A stretch of 64,000 nucleotides of DNA from Eledone cirrhosa (GCA_964016885.1 OZ024744.1:85560001-85624000); one strand, 5' to 3'; positions 1 to 16,479 are shown, numbered from the stretch's first letter. Notes: generated from the letters alone by a model not told the origin. Translations and numbers: made by a program.

Positions 1-1249
1 ATCTGACTCGGCGTAACTTACAGACCTCGTTGGATTATTTATTAATAATGTACTGTATAGAAAAATGCCAGAGATGACGGGAGGTTTATATCGTCACGAT
101 ATGTTGCTTTTAATTGAAAACCATAGCAATAGTGATATTATTAGGAAAAGAAAATCCATAATACAATTTTTCAACAACTACAATCTTAAGTTAGAAATAG
201 AAAATAACTAGAAAATCGTTAACTTCTTAGATGTAACTTTAAACCTTAGCACCGGCCTTTACTATCCTTTCCATAAAATTAATGAAAATTTAAATTATGT
301 AAGTTTCAATTCCAAGCATCCTAGAAGTATTAAAAACACTATTGTCAATAGTGTCCAACAACGCATTTGACGAATCTCCGCTAATAAAAATACTTTTGAT
401 GATAAGGCAGAATATTATAATGAAGCCTTACACTGAGGAGGATACTCAAATAGAATTAAATACATAGATAACAATAACATGACATATCATCCTAGTATTC
501 CAAACAAAAAAACTAGAACTAGATATATTATTTGATACTCTCCCCATTCTCATTAAGCGTTAAAACACCTTTAGCAAAGCTATTCTTTAAAGCACTAGAT
601 AAATGTTTTCCTAAAACCCACAGATACCACTCTATTTTTAACAGACACACTATAAAACTATCCTACTCAACTACTATGAACATAGCACAAAATATAAATA
701 GAATTAATAATAGAAACTTAAATTTAAACCCTAACCAAACTAACCAAAATAGCAATATAATATTTCTAACAACAATACTCAGAATAATGGTACCGTTCTG
801 AACAACAATACCTCTAGTAATTGTAACTGTAGAATCAAATCAAACTGCCCTTTACAAAATAATTGTTTAGACAAAAACATAGTTTATAAATGCACAGTTA
901 AAACTAGCGACAAAATATTTAACTATGTTGGTGCCACTTCAACAAAATTTAAAGAACGCTTGAATAACCATAATCATACTCTTAGAAGATATGATAAAAA
1001 ATCTTCTACTTCACTTTCACATCTTATATGGGATTTAAAAGAAAATAATATAGAATATTCAATATCTTGGAGAAAGATTTCGAAGTACCTGCATACCGCA
1101 TTACGGCATTATCGAGATTCTGTAAATTGTGTATCGAAGAAATTTGTGATATAATTAACTGTCAAAACTCTATTAATCTCAGAACAGAATTATTTTCTTC
1201 TTGCAAACATCGCCAAAATTCCACGTTCAGAACTATTTTTAATTTATAA
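1..1249 (+). mobile_element. Decayed Penelope-like element: RT C-terminal part and GIY-YIG endonuclease (stops/frameshifts)
   Basis: Translatable fragments VNFLDVTLNL, HRYHSIFNRHTIKLSYSTT, CNCRIKSNCPLQNNCLDKNIVYKCTV, YVGATS..FKER..NH, CKLCIEE..LRTELFSSCKH are typical PLE motifs. Confidence 0.85.
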
Positions 1250-2298
1250 TATCCCTATAAACCTTCAAAATCTTAAAAAACTTAAAATGTAAATTTTTAA
1301 AAATATTTTTAATATTTTAATATTTTAATATTTTTAAATATTTTTAATATTTCAGAAATGTTTAATACCTCTAATATTTATAATATTTTTTATATATATA
1401 TTTAATATTTTAATTTCCTACATCATTTTAATTCTGGCATTATTTTTAATTCCGACATTATTTTTAATTCCGACATTATTTTTAATTCCGACATTCTTTT
1501 TGTAAGGACACCCCTATAAATATATTTTAGATGTAGATTGATAATCTTGAAATGACGTTCTGAAAATGTATCCTCTTTAAGATAGTTCTTCGAAAATCAC
1601 ATTACATTTTCCTCTCTCTTTTTGTTATCCAAACATTCACACATCTTTCGACTAAAATGATGGATCTCATACAAAATAATATATAATTTTTTTCTCTAAT
1701 TTTAATGGTTAACAAACAAAATTGCAGTTATCTTTCCTTTCTCAATCGTTACAAACATATTTCTCTCAATCGTGCAGTTTTTGAATCCACAAATGATTCT
1801 ACTCTCACAACTTGAACCACCTATTTTTTAAGTAAAATACAAATTTAAAATCCTTCGTAACTCATATTTGATATATAAACAATTAATACATACGCAATTT
1901 ATTAACATATATATAGATATCTATATACATATAATCTATCCAAATGTTAGAAGATAAAAATACTTACAACCATAATTCTTCATATAATCTAATTGATTAT
2001 ATATACAAAATATTATAAGTCATAATATATAAGTAACAAATCTTTTCCCCCAACGTAAATTCTAGCCCTTCCTTCTTTCTCTTCTTTCCTACGGTTACAA
2101 TAACTTATCATATTTAAGTTTTCCATAGCGTCTAAAATAACGTTTTTTTTTCAGCCATTTTACATAAACCTCATTTGCATACTCATCTTAATAATTTGAA
2201 ATATCTGACTTTTTTCTCTTCCCTTCACTTTCAAGGGATAACTTGAACCGTTAAGGTATATTATCCTTGGTTATGTCAAATATTTATAAAACATTTTG

Positions 2299-2359
2299 TA
2301 TTTTATCTGATGATAGCGTACCAAAATTTTGGTACCCTTGAAATATATATAATAGAATA
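2299..2359 (+). ncRNA. Minimal type I hammerhead ribozyme at the 3' pseudo-LTR of the PLE
   Basis: tattttat-CTGATGA-(gtaccaa/ttggtac stem II)-GAAA-tatata-TA-atagaata; stem I pairs with one G.U. Confidence 0.75.
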
Positions 2360-2811
2360 AATATGGTTTTATAAATATAGTTTCCATTTATTTAATATCA
2401 TTGTATATATATTTTTGTATTTTTTTTCTTATTTATTTATTAAGTTATTCTTGTTTCCTAACCACTGTCCATATTTGTGTGTACATTTTTGAGTGCATAT
2501 ATATCTTTGTATATGTATGTGTGTGTATTTATGTATATATCTGTGTATATGTATGTGTATGTATTTATGTTCCTGTCCGTATTTCTATGTAGACGTAAAT
2601 ACGCTTATGTGAGAAAGTATCCGTTTGCGAACCTTTTAGTATATGCGCGTAGTTGAGTGTGTGTATGTTTATGTTCTGGATATTTATTTTTATATATATT
2701 TTTTGTGTTTTTTAACCCTATTTCCTTTTTGCCCGTTTTTTTCAGCCTCACTTTCATATTTCCTAAATTTTGTTTTTAAATCCATATTTAATAAAAACAC
2801 CATGTTATTTA

Positions 2812-2872
2812 TTCATTCTGACGGCTGAAGACAGACATAACATCTACCTTCAGGAAACTACTGGTAAATGAA
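2812..2872 (+). ncRNA. Degenerate hammerhead motif (CTGACGG core)
   Basis: ttcatt-CTGACGG-ctgaag..cttcag-GAAA-ctactgg-TA-aatgaa; a related decayed copy with CTGATGA lies at 43000-43045. Confidence 0.55.
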
Positions 2873-2920
2873 ATAATTATCTTATGTTGTTTATTACATA
2901 ACTAAATAAATATATATATA

Positions 2921-3258
2921 GTTTTTCGAATATTAATAATAACATTCGATTCGTTCGCAATTTTGCAAACAAACCTCAATTTTATAGCCATGTCAGGAGA
3001 ATGAACACTTCATTCTTGGTCTTATGTGGGCATGCGAACAGAACTGCAGACACTAATGTTTCTGGGTATCACCCTTCATCAGTACAGCTCAGCCATTTAT
3101 CGCTCGTATACAGGAAACTGACTGGCCAGTCTGTTGATATGCAAGTCTGGCTGATCAGTGGATTTGCTAATATGCAGATCTGACTGATCAGCCAGTCTGC
3201 TAATATGCAAATCAAGCCGATCGGTCCCTGTGTATTTTTGAAAATAGCATATATTTTC
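2921..3258. mobile_element. Rearranged partial copy of the ~438-nt HHR (retrozyme-like) unit; 2921-3090 on minus, 3091-3258 on plus
   Basis: Sequence match to 27385-27843 and 51567-52008; HHR on minus strand at 3041-3090. Confidence 0.8.
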
Positions 3259-3343
3259 AAAATATATTTTACCTGGATAGACTAAAACTTGAACCGTTAA
3301 GGACTCATTCCTGGATATGTCAATATTTATAAAACAAACTTTG

Positions 3344-3404
3344 TATTTTATCTGATGAGTGCATTCCAATGTTTTGGTACGCTTGAAATATATATAATAG
3401 AATA
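3344..3404 (+). ncRNA. Minimal type I hammerhead in a solo PLE pseudo-LTR (same family as 2299)
   Basis: tattttat-CTGATGA..GAAA-tatata-TA-atagaata; flanks match about 2240-2400. Confidence 0.7.
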
Positions 3405-3573
3405 AATATGGTTTTATAAATATAGTTTCCATTTATTAATATCATTGATATTATACTCCAGAAAACCTGTCGAATGCTTCGAATCAGTTATAAATATATA
3501 TATTTGTTGAATTACCAACAAATTAAATATTCCTTTGCTTAGATGTATATATGTATATGTATATATATCTATT

Positions 3574-4056
3574 CTAGGGCGGGTAAAATTCTCGAGATCC
3601 ATGGACGAGTTCTCTCCAGCGGTCTCTGTCCCTCATTATCGCTGCCATGTCCTGCGTCTCCAACAGACCAGTGTCTGTCCTTAGGGCATCAACATACGTC
3701 AACCTTGGTCTTCCTCTCCCAGTATATCTATGTAGGGGCTCCCTCAGGGGCACTGAGTGCAATGTCATCTCTGGATGCCGGTGAGCATGTCCAGCTAACC
3801 TCAATCTCCTCTGTGTCACTTTTGAGCTGACTTTTGGGAGGCTCCATACAGCTCTGAGATTTTCATCCTCAGTGTATACTGATTAATGTTCAGAGCCATC
3901 ATTAGCATTCTCGTGTAGCACCCATCCACCATCTGAGTGAGTTTCTTGGTCAGTGTCCAAGTCTCAGAGCCGTACAGCAGCAAAGACTCCACTACAGCAA
4001 CGAAGAGGCGGATTTTCAGGTCTCTACGAAGGTCCGACTCCCACACCGATCTCAAG
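3574..4056 (-). mobile_element. RTE-clade LINE 3' fragment
   Basis: [56 protein letters not shown]; a second 3' fragment is at 46826-46958. Confidence 0.85.
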
Positions 4057-4085
4057 CTGAAATATATACACACACACACACACAC

Positions 4086-4145
<60 letters not shown>

Positions 4146-4151
<6 letters not shown>

Positions 4152-6870
4152 GCCTGCCCGTCCGACCAGTGGGATGGCGTCATCGTATGGCTAAAATACC
4201 AACGTGCTGTGACCAGCGGCGCCGAATGGCGGCTGACACACTGATCGATGAAGGTGATCAAGGTGATATATCTTGACTTCATGAATGAGTTTTTCTTGTC
4301 CCAACTTGTCCTTGCACCAACGAGACATCAGAAGAACATTCCGGATCTAGTGTTTAGTAACTACACTAACACTATACATAATATTACAGTGGAAAATACC
4401 CTTCTCTCAGACCATGACATGGTTCTTTGTAACCGGAGATTCCACCAGCCGAAAGCTAATCCCAGGGCCCTCTCTCCAGCCCACCCATTTGATAACATGG
4501 ATCTCCACAATGCCAACTGGGATGCAATTATGAACGAACTATCACATGTTGACTGGTCTTTAACACACGTGCACACTTCCACCAACATCAAAACATCTTG
4601 GCAGATCTTTGTAGACACTGTCACAAATATATGTACAAAATACACCCCGCCAAAACCTGTGAAAAAAACCAAGTGCGGTATCTCCCAAAACAAAAAAACA
4701 ATTATCAGAAAAAGAAAAAGAAAAGGAAAAAGAAAAAGAAAAAGAAAAAGAAAAAGAAAAAGAAAAAGAAAAAAGAAAAAGAAAAAGAAAAAGAAAAAGA
4801 AAAAGAAAAAGAAAAAGAAAAAACAAAAATTGTAATACACTAAAATACTGCCAACAGCAACACATACATTCAATGGCTATCACCCTGCTTGAGTCAAAAA
4901 TATAATCTCCAGCAATGTATGATGACCATCATCAATAACCAGAGAGTATCTGAAGAGAGGTGGGCCATTGAGAAAATCAAACTCAACCCCAAAGTGTTCT
5001 TCTCATTCGCTAAAAAACACAAGGTCACCGTCTCCACTGTTGGCCCCTAGTTGATGAAAATGGACTCTCCAGGACAATGCCAAAACCATGGGCGAGATAC
5101 TGCAGAAACAATACTGCTGTTTTCAGCAACCCTGATATGGCCGATCTGGGCCGTATCAGTGATATTAACCCCCAACACGCTATACCAGACATAACGTTTG
5201 GCGCCCCTGATGTCTTAGCGGCAATAAACGAAATTAAACACAATCCAGCAGTATGCGCCGACAGGTTCCCTGCTTGTATCCTGAAGGTGTGTCGACACCA
5301 ACTTGCAACTCCTCTTGCTAATCTGTGGAGGAACTCACTGGACACTGGCTATATTCCTGAAAACTTTCTGTTCAAGTCCGTTATCCCAGTCTTCAAAAAG
5401 GGAAATAAGTTCCTTGCAGTGAGCTACCGTTCGATCGCACTCACCTCTCGTATTATCAAGGTATTTGAGAGGGTGGTGAGATCACGAATAACCCACTTTC
5501 TTGAAAGCAACGGCCTGCTGAACTCCAACCTACATGGATTCCGTAATGGAAGGGACTGCCTAACGCAGCTCCTGCATCACTTTTACGATGTTTTGAGAGC
5601 CTTGGGAAACAGCTCCAACACTGATGTCATCTACCTTGATTTCAGCAAGGCCTTCGACAGGGTTGATCATAAGATTCTACTGAAAAAACTATCCAATGTT
5701 GGTGTCTCTGGAAGGTTACTACAGTGGATCAAATGTTTCCTGACAGGCAGAACCCAGCATGTTGTAGTCGAAGGAGTAAAATTAAGCCCTGCCAAAGTCA
5801 GCAGTGGCGTCCCACAAGGCACTGTGTTGGGCCCACTTCTTTTCATCATCTACATTAATGACATTACTGGCATCATCAAACACAGCAACATCAGAATCTT
5901 CGCAGATGATTCCAAGCTCCAAATGGTCATCAATGAGGTGGGTGACCGGACTTGCCTTCAGTCAGAACTACTGGCTGTTATCAAATGGGCAGAGATGAAT
6001 AATATGCTGTTGAATGAGGATAAATTTGAACTAATCCACTTTGGAAAAAAGGATGCCCTGAAACTACCATACTCTCTTCCTTCGGGTGTAACTCTAGTGG
6101 CTTCCAATAACATCAGAGACCTGGGAGTAATTGTGGACAACAATATAAGCTGGGCCACTCATATAAACAGCAAAGTTGATATGGCCCGCAGAATGTGTTC
6201 CTGGATTCTCAGAACTTTCCAGTCGAGAGATATCCATACTGTTGTCCTTCTCTTCTCCACTTTTGCCCGACCCCACCTTGAATACTGTTGTCCACTGTGG
6301 TCACCCCACACGAAGCAAAGTATCATGAAAGTTGAAGCACCCCAAAGGTCAATTACAAAAAAGATAGATGGCATGACAGGCCTTGACTATTGGGGTCGAT
6401 TAGAAAAGCTCAAACTTTATTCTCTTCAACGTCGCCGCGAGCGCTACATTATCTGTATGATGTGGAAAATATTCCATCAGCTTTGCCCAAATGATGTTGG
6501 CATCACCTTTAGTGTACACCCGCGGCTTGGGCCCCGTGCTATCCGCCCATGACAAAAATCTCACTCTCATCACATAACAATACAGCACAATTATTTCACC
6601 TCAATTGGACCTGCACTCTTTAACATTACACCAAGACACATCAAAGCAGAGACAGACCCCATCAAGTTCAAGAAGTCTTTGGATAAATTCCTTCAAGAAT
6701 TCCCGGATAAGCCTCCGATACCCGGATATGCCTCCGTAAACAATAACTCTCTGCTCGAGTGGGCCATGGTGCCCAAACACTAATTTGTAAGACTTCGCCA
6801 GGTGGTGCTATTAAGTTAGACATGGCCTCGGCCAATACTGGCCGAAACCTATCAAAGTTATCAAAGTTAT
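4146..6870 (+). mobile_element. CR1/L2-like (jockey-group) LINE ORF2, 5'-truncated, containing an (AAAAAG)n expansion
   Basis: Endonuclease tail (DLVFSN..LSDH); RT ORF downstream; 3' end repeat ..cctatcaaagttatcaaagtta before (AT)n. Confidence 0.85.
5077..6552 (+). pseudogene. Reverse transcriptase domain of a CR1/L2-like LINE
   Basis: YLDFSKAFDRVDH, SGVPQGTVLGPLLFIIYIND, FADDSKL, RPHLEYCCPLWSP, YSLQRRRER. Confidence 0.9.
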
Positions 6871-7384
6871 ATATATATATATATACAAATATACATACAT
6901 ATATACATACATATATATATACATATATATAAAAAATAATGTTTTCCAATTTTTCATGCATTACATTTTACATTGAGTAATATTGAAATGCAGAGTTTTT
7001 CTCCATAAATAGTAACAACAGTAATAATTCACATTCTGTCTTCGACAACATCCAAAACATAAACATACACATACCGACCATAATTAAATATGGAATGATA
7101 CGCGGTGCCAACACATACACACACAGCCCGGTGGTCAGAATGGAGAAGGAGAATCCCCAGAGGACGTCCAGGGAGACGCGCTGGAAAAGCCACTCCAAAT
7201 CTATGCACACTTCAATGACCGGGCCCCGGTCTATAACAATGGCAGACACAATCCAAAAGGGCCGATAAGCAGAGAGAAATGTCTAAGACCTGAAGGCGGC
7301 CAGATACACCAGTTGCCAGTCTGGATGACATTTCTGGATGACGGTTACTAGCCTTCGCTGCCGGTCACGTCCTGCACCACCGAC

Positions 7385-7960
7385 TTACCTTCTGGGTTCA
7401 AGAAGATGGTGAGATCCAAGCCTCTCCGAAAAATCACGGCAGCCCCCCCCCCCCCTCCCCCCCGATCCTGGACGGCTAGGAGATGCGTATACATCGTAGC
7501 CGCCGCCGAAGATCGGTGCGAAGGCTCGTGCTTCGAAGATTCTGGTTTCGCTGATGGCCACCATATCTATGTTTAGTGACCTGAGGTCGTTGAGCAGGTG
7601 ACCCTGCTTCCAAGATGACCACAGGCCACGTGTATTTACGCTGCCTATTCTAAGTGCGGCCATGTTGGATGAGGAACGGGGTAAGTGAGAAATTATCCCT
7701 TACCTTGATCGTGTGGAGATGGGACAGTAGAAACGCCCCCTCAGCTGGTCATGGGTATCGCCAAGGCGATAACTTTGTAGATTCTTTTGGAGAGTGACCC
7801 CCTGAAATCCCCAACGCAGTTGGGGAATTTTTGTTTTAATTGTTTATAGTTTTCGAGTTCAATATATACAATGTTAACATTTTGGTAATGTTCTTGGTGT
7901 TGGTGGGGTGTGTTAATTTACGTCTGAAATATCGGTGTGGTGTTTTATGTGTTCCATTAG
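7385..7960 (-). mobile_element. L1/Tx1-like fragment: ORF2 start (APE endonuclease N-terminus) and upstream sequence
   Basis: MAALRIGSVNTRGL..DMVAISETR matches the APE motif. Confidence 0.7.
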
Positions 7961-7981
7961 TCCTTTAATAATATTAATAAT

Positions 7982-10790
7982 AATGATTTCATTTATTGGC
8001 CACAAGATGTAGGGGACAATACAACGACAGGGACCGTGGGGGTTTACAATAAGGTCGAGTAAAAGTGCACAATGCCAAGACTAATTTAACAATTAAGATA
8101 TACGAATATAAAATAAACTATGTATAAATATACCAAAATAAATTCCCCGATAGGGGTGGACGACCCTGAACCACCCTGCGCTTCTAGGACACCCAGGGAG
8201 AGCACCCCTCTCCTCAAGTTAGCTAGCCTATAGGCGCATGGTCAGAGTAGGCCTATTCATACGTGCCATTCTCGTCACATTCACCCACCTTTTGGCAAAT
8301 GTACTGGGGGGCAGCACTTCTCTCTCCACCCTCACATTCCTTTCCAGGTGAAACTTGAAGAAGTTGATGAGGGATTGGCCGAAGAGAAAAGTGTCTGTCT
8401 TCACTCCTTTTAATCTGGTCCAGCATATAACCTCTTTCACAACTGTCACCAGACAGAGGAAAATTGCCTGCTCTTCCTGACCAAAGGAAGGCGGCGGGTC
8501 GATCTTCACTATGGACTCGGCCGATAGCCGGATTCGTGCCACACGCGACAGTAGCTGTTCGACATAACTCCACAAGTCAGTAATGCACGGACATTGGACA
8601 AGTGCGTACAGAATAGTTTCGTCGTTCTGTGCGCATCTTGGACAGGTCCGTCTGACAGCACTTCCGTGCCTGTAGAGTTTATCCCGAAGCGGCAGTACCC
8701 CCCCCCCCCCCTTCAGTAGCACTGCTAAGCGAGTGATTTCTGGAAATTGTCCATCGTCCCCGGCTCGAAAGTCCTCCGGTACAGACTGGTCAATTCAACT
8801 TCGTCAAAGCACAAAGCCTCTCCGAGTGCGTCATCGCACTTGCCCGCCAGTAATCCTCTATAGAACTCGAGAGTGGTAGTTCTACTGATCGCATTGCCCG
8901 TTTGGTAGAGGGCAGTGGGTGCCTGGCAACATTCCAGGTGCCAGTCACCCAGTCTCTGTCTCTTCTTGGCCCAGGACTGCAGCTCAGTCAAAGAAACCGA
9001 CTGCGGTAGGGCCCGTCTGATAAACGGCGACCACACCTATTCACCGTTTAGAATATCTGGAGATATCGCAGCCTCAGCGCATGTCTGCGCATCATTGGCC
9101 ACGTCATGCCCAGCCCTCCGCGTAGACGGTGCTGGCAGCAGATGGACCGCCTCACCAACGGAACTTGTCCCCTCCACAAGAATTTGAAGAGGAGCTGTTC
9201 TAACTTGAAGAGGCGCGGACCGGGGCAAAGCACGACGGTCAGGCGGTAGTAGATGACGGACGCGATGTAGGCATTCACCACCTCAGCACGACCTTTCAGT
9301 GATAGCATCCTCGCAGCCCGTTTTGAGGTGTGACTGGGAGACCCTGCTCGTTACCTCGTCCCAATTCTTATCCACCTGGAGGTCTGGCCCGAACCAAACC
9401 CCGAGCAACTTTGCCGGTCCGTCCGTCCAGCTTCCAACGACGTTCCCAACGACTTTCCTTATCAGCGTCACCACTCCCCCGCTCACAGAACTGGGAATAC
9501 TCCAATTCTGCTGCCAGTTTCAGTAGAGTGTTTCGAGGAGATTGGAGAACAAGTCTTGCATAATTACGTAAAGTTCGTAGGGCAGGCCATCCAAACTGGG
9601 TGACTTGCGTCTCATGCAGCCGACAAGGGAGTCCTGAATTTCGGCTGAAGTAATCGGCCTTTCGCAGCGCTCAGCGTCGACCGTCGAGGTACGCGGAAAG
9701 CCGTCAAGGTAGGGACTTAAATCCACTACTCTCTCTGACTCGCCACCTTCCCCGAACAACCGAGCAAAGTGCTGGCGAAAGGCATCACACATCCGCTTGG
9801 AATCGCTTATCTCGTGCCCGTCTCGGTCCGCCAAACACCGAATTGTGGTTTATTACCACGCTGCGCCTCCGCCACGCGGGCCCATCGAACAGCTTTAGTT
9901 CCCTCGTTTCTCAGCGCACGCGCCTTAGCTCTGACAATGCAACCTTCGTGTTTGGCATTGAAGAAAAGGTCTAATACCATTCTCGCCGCTAGCACGTCAG
10001 CTGCAATGCTACTAAAATTAGCCTCGTCTAACTTATTTACCAGCTCCCCCTCCTTTCTATTTTTCTCTAACGCTAGTTCTTTGCTGAACTCTATCGAAGT
10101 TACTCTAATCTCTCTTTTGAGAGCCCCCACCATATGTTGTTGATGATCCCTCCTGTCAACTTTTGCTTAACTAAATTGTTGACTCGGTCTCCGTAAGCCT
10201 TACGTGCCGGAAATGACAGGTTCAGCTTCCATTAACCCGGTCCCAAAGAACACGTATACAGATCACAAATTTGTGATCTGAATAGGCGACCGTTTTAAAA
10301 AGTGGGCAGACTACACTATTTCTTTTTATTTTCCTAATGAAGATCCTGTCTTTATACGATCTAGATGACTCCATGCGGTTTGTACATGTCCATACTGGCA
10401 CATTGGGGGAAATCTAGTCGATACCTGTCAGACAGTTGGAACTGGCTGAGTGGGTGCTTGAGGCTTTTGCACCCCCGCTCCTATCAGCTACACCCACACA
10501 ATCCCAGCGTGAGTCTAAGATGCTGTTCCAGTCCCCCGCTAGCAGTAAAGGGTGAGACGTACCCAGAAAGGTTTCCAGGCGTCTAAAGAAGTCCGGTCGT
10601 CCGGCCCCAGTAGAGGCGTAGACGGCCAGCAGTCTAAAAGCACCACCTTCGCTACTGCTCACATCCAGGACCACCAACTTACCGTCCGGGTCCCGGAAGA
10701 TCGACCTTATCTCGAGATCCAGTCCTTTCCTAAACGACACTGCCACTCCACCTCTCATTCCCGGCCTGCTAACAGATACGAAGATCTGAT
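7982..10790 (-). mobile_element. L1/Tx1-like LINE ORF2 (APE, RT partly deleted, C-terminal CxxC..H..C knuckle), decayed
   Basis: LLAGDWNSILD, KSPSLDGLPYELY, LSLKGRAEVVN, CPRCAQNDETILYALVQC; same family as 36430-38723. Confidence 0.88.
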
Positions 10791-10795
10791 AGTCA

Positions 10796-10988
10796 TAATA
10801 ATTGTTTCTACTTTTTGGCACAAGGCCAGCAAATTACCCAGTTTATTACTGATACTTTATTCTATCGACCCCGTAAGGATGAAAGGCAAAGTTAACCTCG
10901 GCGGGATTTGAACTCAGAATGGCAAGGGCCGTAACTCTATGCGTCAAAGCATGGCGTCCGACCCTCTACCGATACTGCCAATCCACCA
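10796..10988 (-). mobile_element. tRNA-derived SINE (family A)
   Basis: Minus strand reads ggtggattggcagtatcggtagag (A box)..gagttcaaatccc (B box)..gcctttcatccttacggggtcgat; many copies in the window. Confidence 0.85.
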
Positions 10989-10999
10989 ATAATATAAAT

Positions 11000-11999
<1,000 letters not shown>

Positions 12000-12101
12000 C
12001 TTAAAGTGTTAAAACCGCATTCTTCTATATATCCCAAACATGTAATACGATCAGGTTTTGTGTCTTCCTCTTTGGAACCATTTGTAACTAGATGACGATG
12101 A

Positions 12102-15100
12102 CTAACCAACACCAACACCAACACCACCACCAACACCACCAACACTGACACCACCAACACCAACACCACCACCAACACCACCAACACTGACACCACCAAC
12201 ACCAACACCACCACCAACACCACCAACACTGACACCACCAACACCAGCACCACCACCAACACCACCAACACCAACACCAACACTACCAACACTGACACCA
12301 ACACCAACAACAACATATTCACAACCACCAAGACTGATACCACCAACACCACCACCACCACCACCACCACCACCACCACCACCGACTCCAACACCGACAC
12401 CTTCACCACCACCAACATTGACACCACCAACAACACCATCACTAACACCAACACCAACACCAACATCACTAACAACACCACCAGCACCACCAACACCAAC
12501 GCAATCACCATCACCAACACCAACACCAACACCACCACCAACACCACCACCAACAACACCACCACCAACACCAACACCAACACCACCAACACTAACAACA
12601 CCACCACCACCAACAGAAACACCACCACCAACACCATCACCAACACCAACACCACCAATACCAACACCAACACCACCAACACTAACACCAACACTAACAC
12701 GACCAGCAACATCTTCACCACCACCAACACCAACACAAACACCACCAACACCAACACCACCAACACCACCAACATCACCACCACCAACACCAACACCAAC
12801 ACCACAACCAACATCACCACCAACACCACCAACATCACCACCACCAACACCAACACCAACACCACCAACACCACCAACAACAACACCACCACCAACATCA
12901 CCACCAACATCACCACCACCAACACCAACACCAACACCACCAACACCACCAACAACAACACCACCACCACCACCTTCACCACCACCACCACCACTACAAC
13001 CACCACAACAACTATCACCACCACTATAACCGCCACCACCACCAACACCACCACCACTACAACCACCACAACAACTATCACCACCACTATAACCGCCACC
13101 ATCACCACCACCACCACCATCGCCACCACCACCACCAACAACACCACCACTACAACTACCACAACCACTATCACCACCACCACCACTATCACCACCACAA
13201 CCACCATCACCACCACCACCATCGCCACCACCATCACCAACCCCACCACCACCACCACCACCACCACCACCCTCATCAACCCCCCACCCCAACCCCCACC
13301 AACACCACCAACACCAACATCGTCACCCCCCCCCACACGTCCACCACCAACATCGTCACCATCACCAACGCCATCACCATGTCCATCACAATCACATCTA
13401 ACATCTTCATAAACAGTGTCTAACAATAACTACTACCACCGCCACCACCACCACCACCACCACCACCACCATCACAACCACCACCACCACCACCACCACC
13501 ACCACCACCACCACCACCACCACCACCACCATCGCCACCATTGTCAACACTATTACCAACACTGTTGATATCACTGCCACGTACGCTATCTCTATTATCA
13601 CCAATGATAGCACGATGGATATCACCGTTACCACCACCACCACCACCACCACCTCCACTAATACCGCCACCACCACCACCACTGCTACTACCACCACCAT
13701 CACCACCACTAAAACCATCACCATCATCCCAAATTCCACCACTACCACCACCACTACCAACACCAACACCAACCACCAACCACTACCAGTACTACCTCCA
13801 TCATCGTCACCACCACCACCACCACCACCACCACCACCACCACCACCACCACCACCACCACCATCAACAATCCCCTCCTCCCACCACCACCACTATCAAT
13901 ATGTATCTATCAGAAACACATCGTAATCATCATCACCACATCCACTACCAACACCATCATCATCATCATCATCATCATCACCATCACCACCATCATCACC
14001 ATCACCACCATCATCATCGTCATCATCACTACCACCACCACCAACTTCACCACCACCACTACTACAACCCCCACTACAACTACCACAACCACTATCACCA
14101 CACCTACAACCACCAACTTTATCACCACTACCACCTCCATTACTACAACTAACACACAACCACCACCACCACTACAACTACCACAACCACTATCACCACC
14201 ACTACAACCACCACCTTCACCACCACTACCACTACAACTAACACAACCACCACCACCACTACAACTACCACCACCACTATCGCCACCACTACAACCACCA
14301 CCTTCACCACCACTACCACTACAACTACCACAACCACTATCACCACCACTACAACCACCACCACCACCACTACAACTACCACAACCATTATCACCACCAC
14401 TACAACCACCACCACTACCACTACAACTACCACAACCACTATCACCACCACTACAACCACCACCACCACCACTACAACTACCACAACCACTATCACCACC
14501 ACTACAACCACCACCACCACCACTACAACTACCACAACCACTATCACCACCACTACAACCACCACCTTTACCACCACTACCACTACAACTACCACAACCA
14601 CTATCACCACCACTACAACCACCACCACCACCACTACAACTACCACAACCACTATAACTACCACTACAACCACCACAACTATCATAACCACCACCACTAA
14701 TACAACTACCACCACCGTCCCCACCACTACTACCACCACAAATTTTATTCACCACCACTACCACCGCAACTACTACAACTACCACCACCGCCACCACCAC
14801 CATCGTCAGCAGCACCACCAACCCCCATCACCACCACTCCCATAATTGCTACCATCAATACCACTTATATCCACCATCAATACCAACTACCAATACCCCC
14901 GACACCACCATTACCACCAACACTGCTAACACCGCCATCACCACCACTGCCATCACGGCTACCACCAATGCCCCTACCGCCACTACTGCTTTTCCTATTA
15001 CTCTACCCCCTCCCCAAACACACACACACAGACACACATAACCACCAGCAACCACCACTTTCGCCGCCGCCGCCGCCGCCGCCACTACTACAACCATAAT

Positions 15101-15990
15101 CACCACCGCCAATAACACCAAAACCATCACCATTACCACCACCACCACCACCACCACCACCTGACACCACCACCACCAGCACTACCATTATAACCACCAC
15201 CACCACCACCATTACAACTATCACTTAAAGCATCAGCGCCACCACCATCACCACCACCACCAACATCACCACCACCACAATCACCACCACCACCACCACC
15301 ATTACAACTATCACTTAAGGCATCAGCGCCACCACCAACATCACCTCCACCACCTTTACAACCACCAGTTTTTACCACCACCAACATCACCACCATCACC
15401 TCCACCCATTTACAACCACCACCACCTTAACAACCACCACCATTACCTCCACCACTACCACCATTACATCCACTACTTAAATTATCACCGTCACCACCTT
15501 CACCACTACCACCACTACCATTATCGCCACGCCACCACCACCCCCAACTACCACCATTACCATTGCCACCATTTTCTATACCACCCACCACCACCACCAT
15601 TATCTCCACCAACACCATCACCACTACCACCACCATTAACTTCTCCACCACCACCACCACCACCACCACCACCACCACCACCACTACCACCATCACTCCA
15701 CTACCACCATTACCATTGCCACCATTTTCTATACCAGCCACCACCACCACCACCATCGCCACCTTTATCTCCACCAACACCATCACCACTACCACCACCA
15801 TTAACTTCTCCACCACCACCACCATCACTCCACCACCACCACTACCACCACCACCACCACCACCAGCACCACCACCACCAGCACCACCAGCACCAGCACC
15901 ACCACCACCAGCACCACCACCAGCACCAGCACCACCACCAGCACCACCACCAGCACCACCACCAGCACCACCACCACCACCACCACCATT
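12102..15990. repeat. Very long degenerate (ACC/AAC/ATC)n low-complexity tract
   Basis: Direct inspection; it generates the poly-V/G/P/T/H ORFs. Confidence 0.95.
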
Positions 15991-16479
15991 ACCAGATACC
16001 AGAACCCGAGACTTAGCAAAAACAAACATAAAACAAAAAAAAAACAAAAAAAAGGTGGGTGGAATCCGCCAAATTTACTATCAATGTTCGTTATCTCCCA
16101 CGCAACAATTACCGCCATATGAGTCATAGCCGTGGTAACGTTGTAACCATGTAAAAGGAGATCTCTAGTTCTGTTACATATACAGCTTCCCGTTCGGACG
16201 TCTGAAATATCTAGGTCGTCGTTCAGATGACACACGCATAGACATACATATGCATACACACACACACGCGCGCGCACGCACGCACACATCGACTCATATA
16301 CGCATATACATACAGGTGCATGCTGATACACATACATACATACATACATACATACATACATACATACATACATACATACATACATACATACATACATACA
16401 TACATACATTACATATCTTTATGTATATGCATATATATATAGAGAGAGAGAGAGAGTGAACAACACAAAATATAACTAC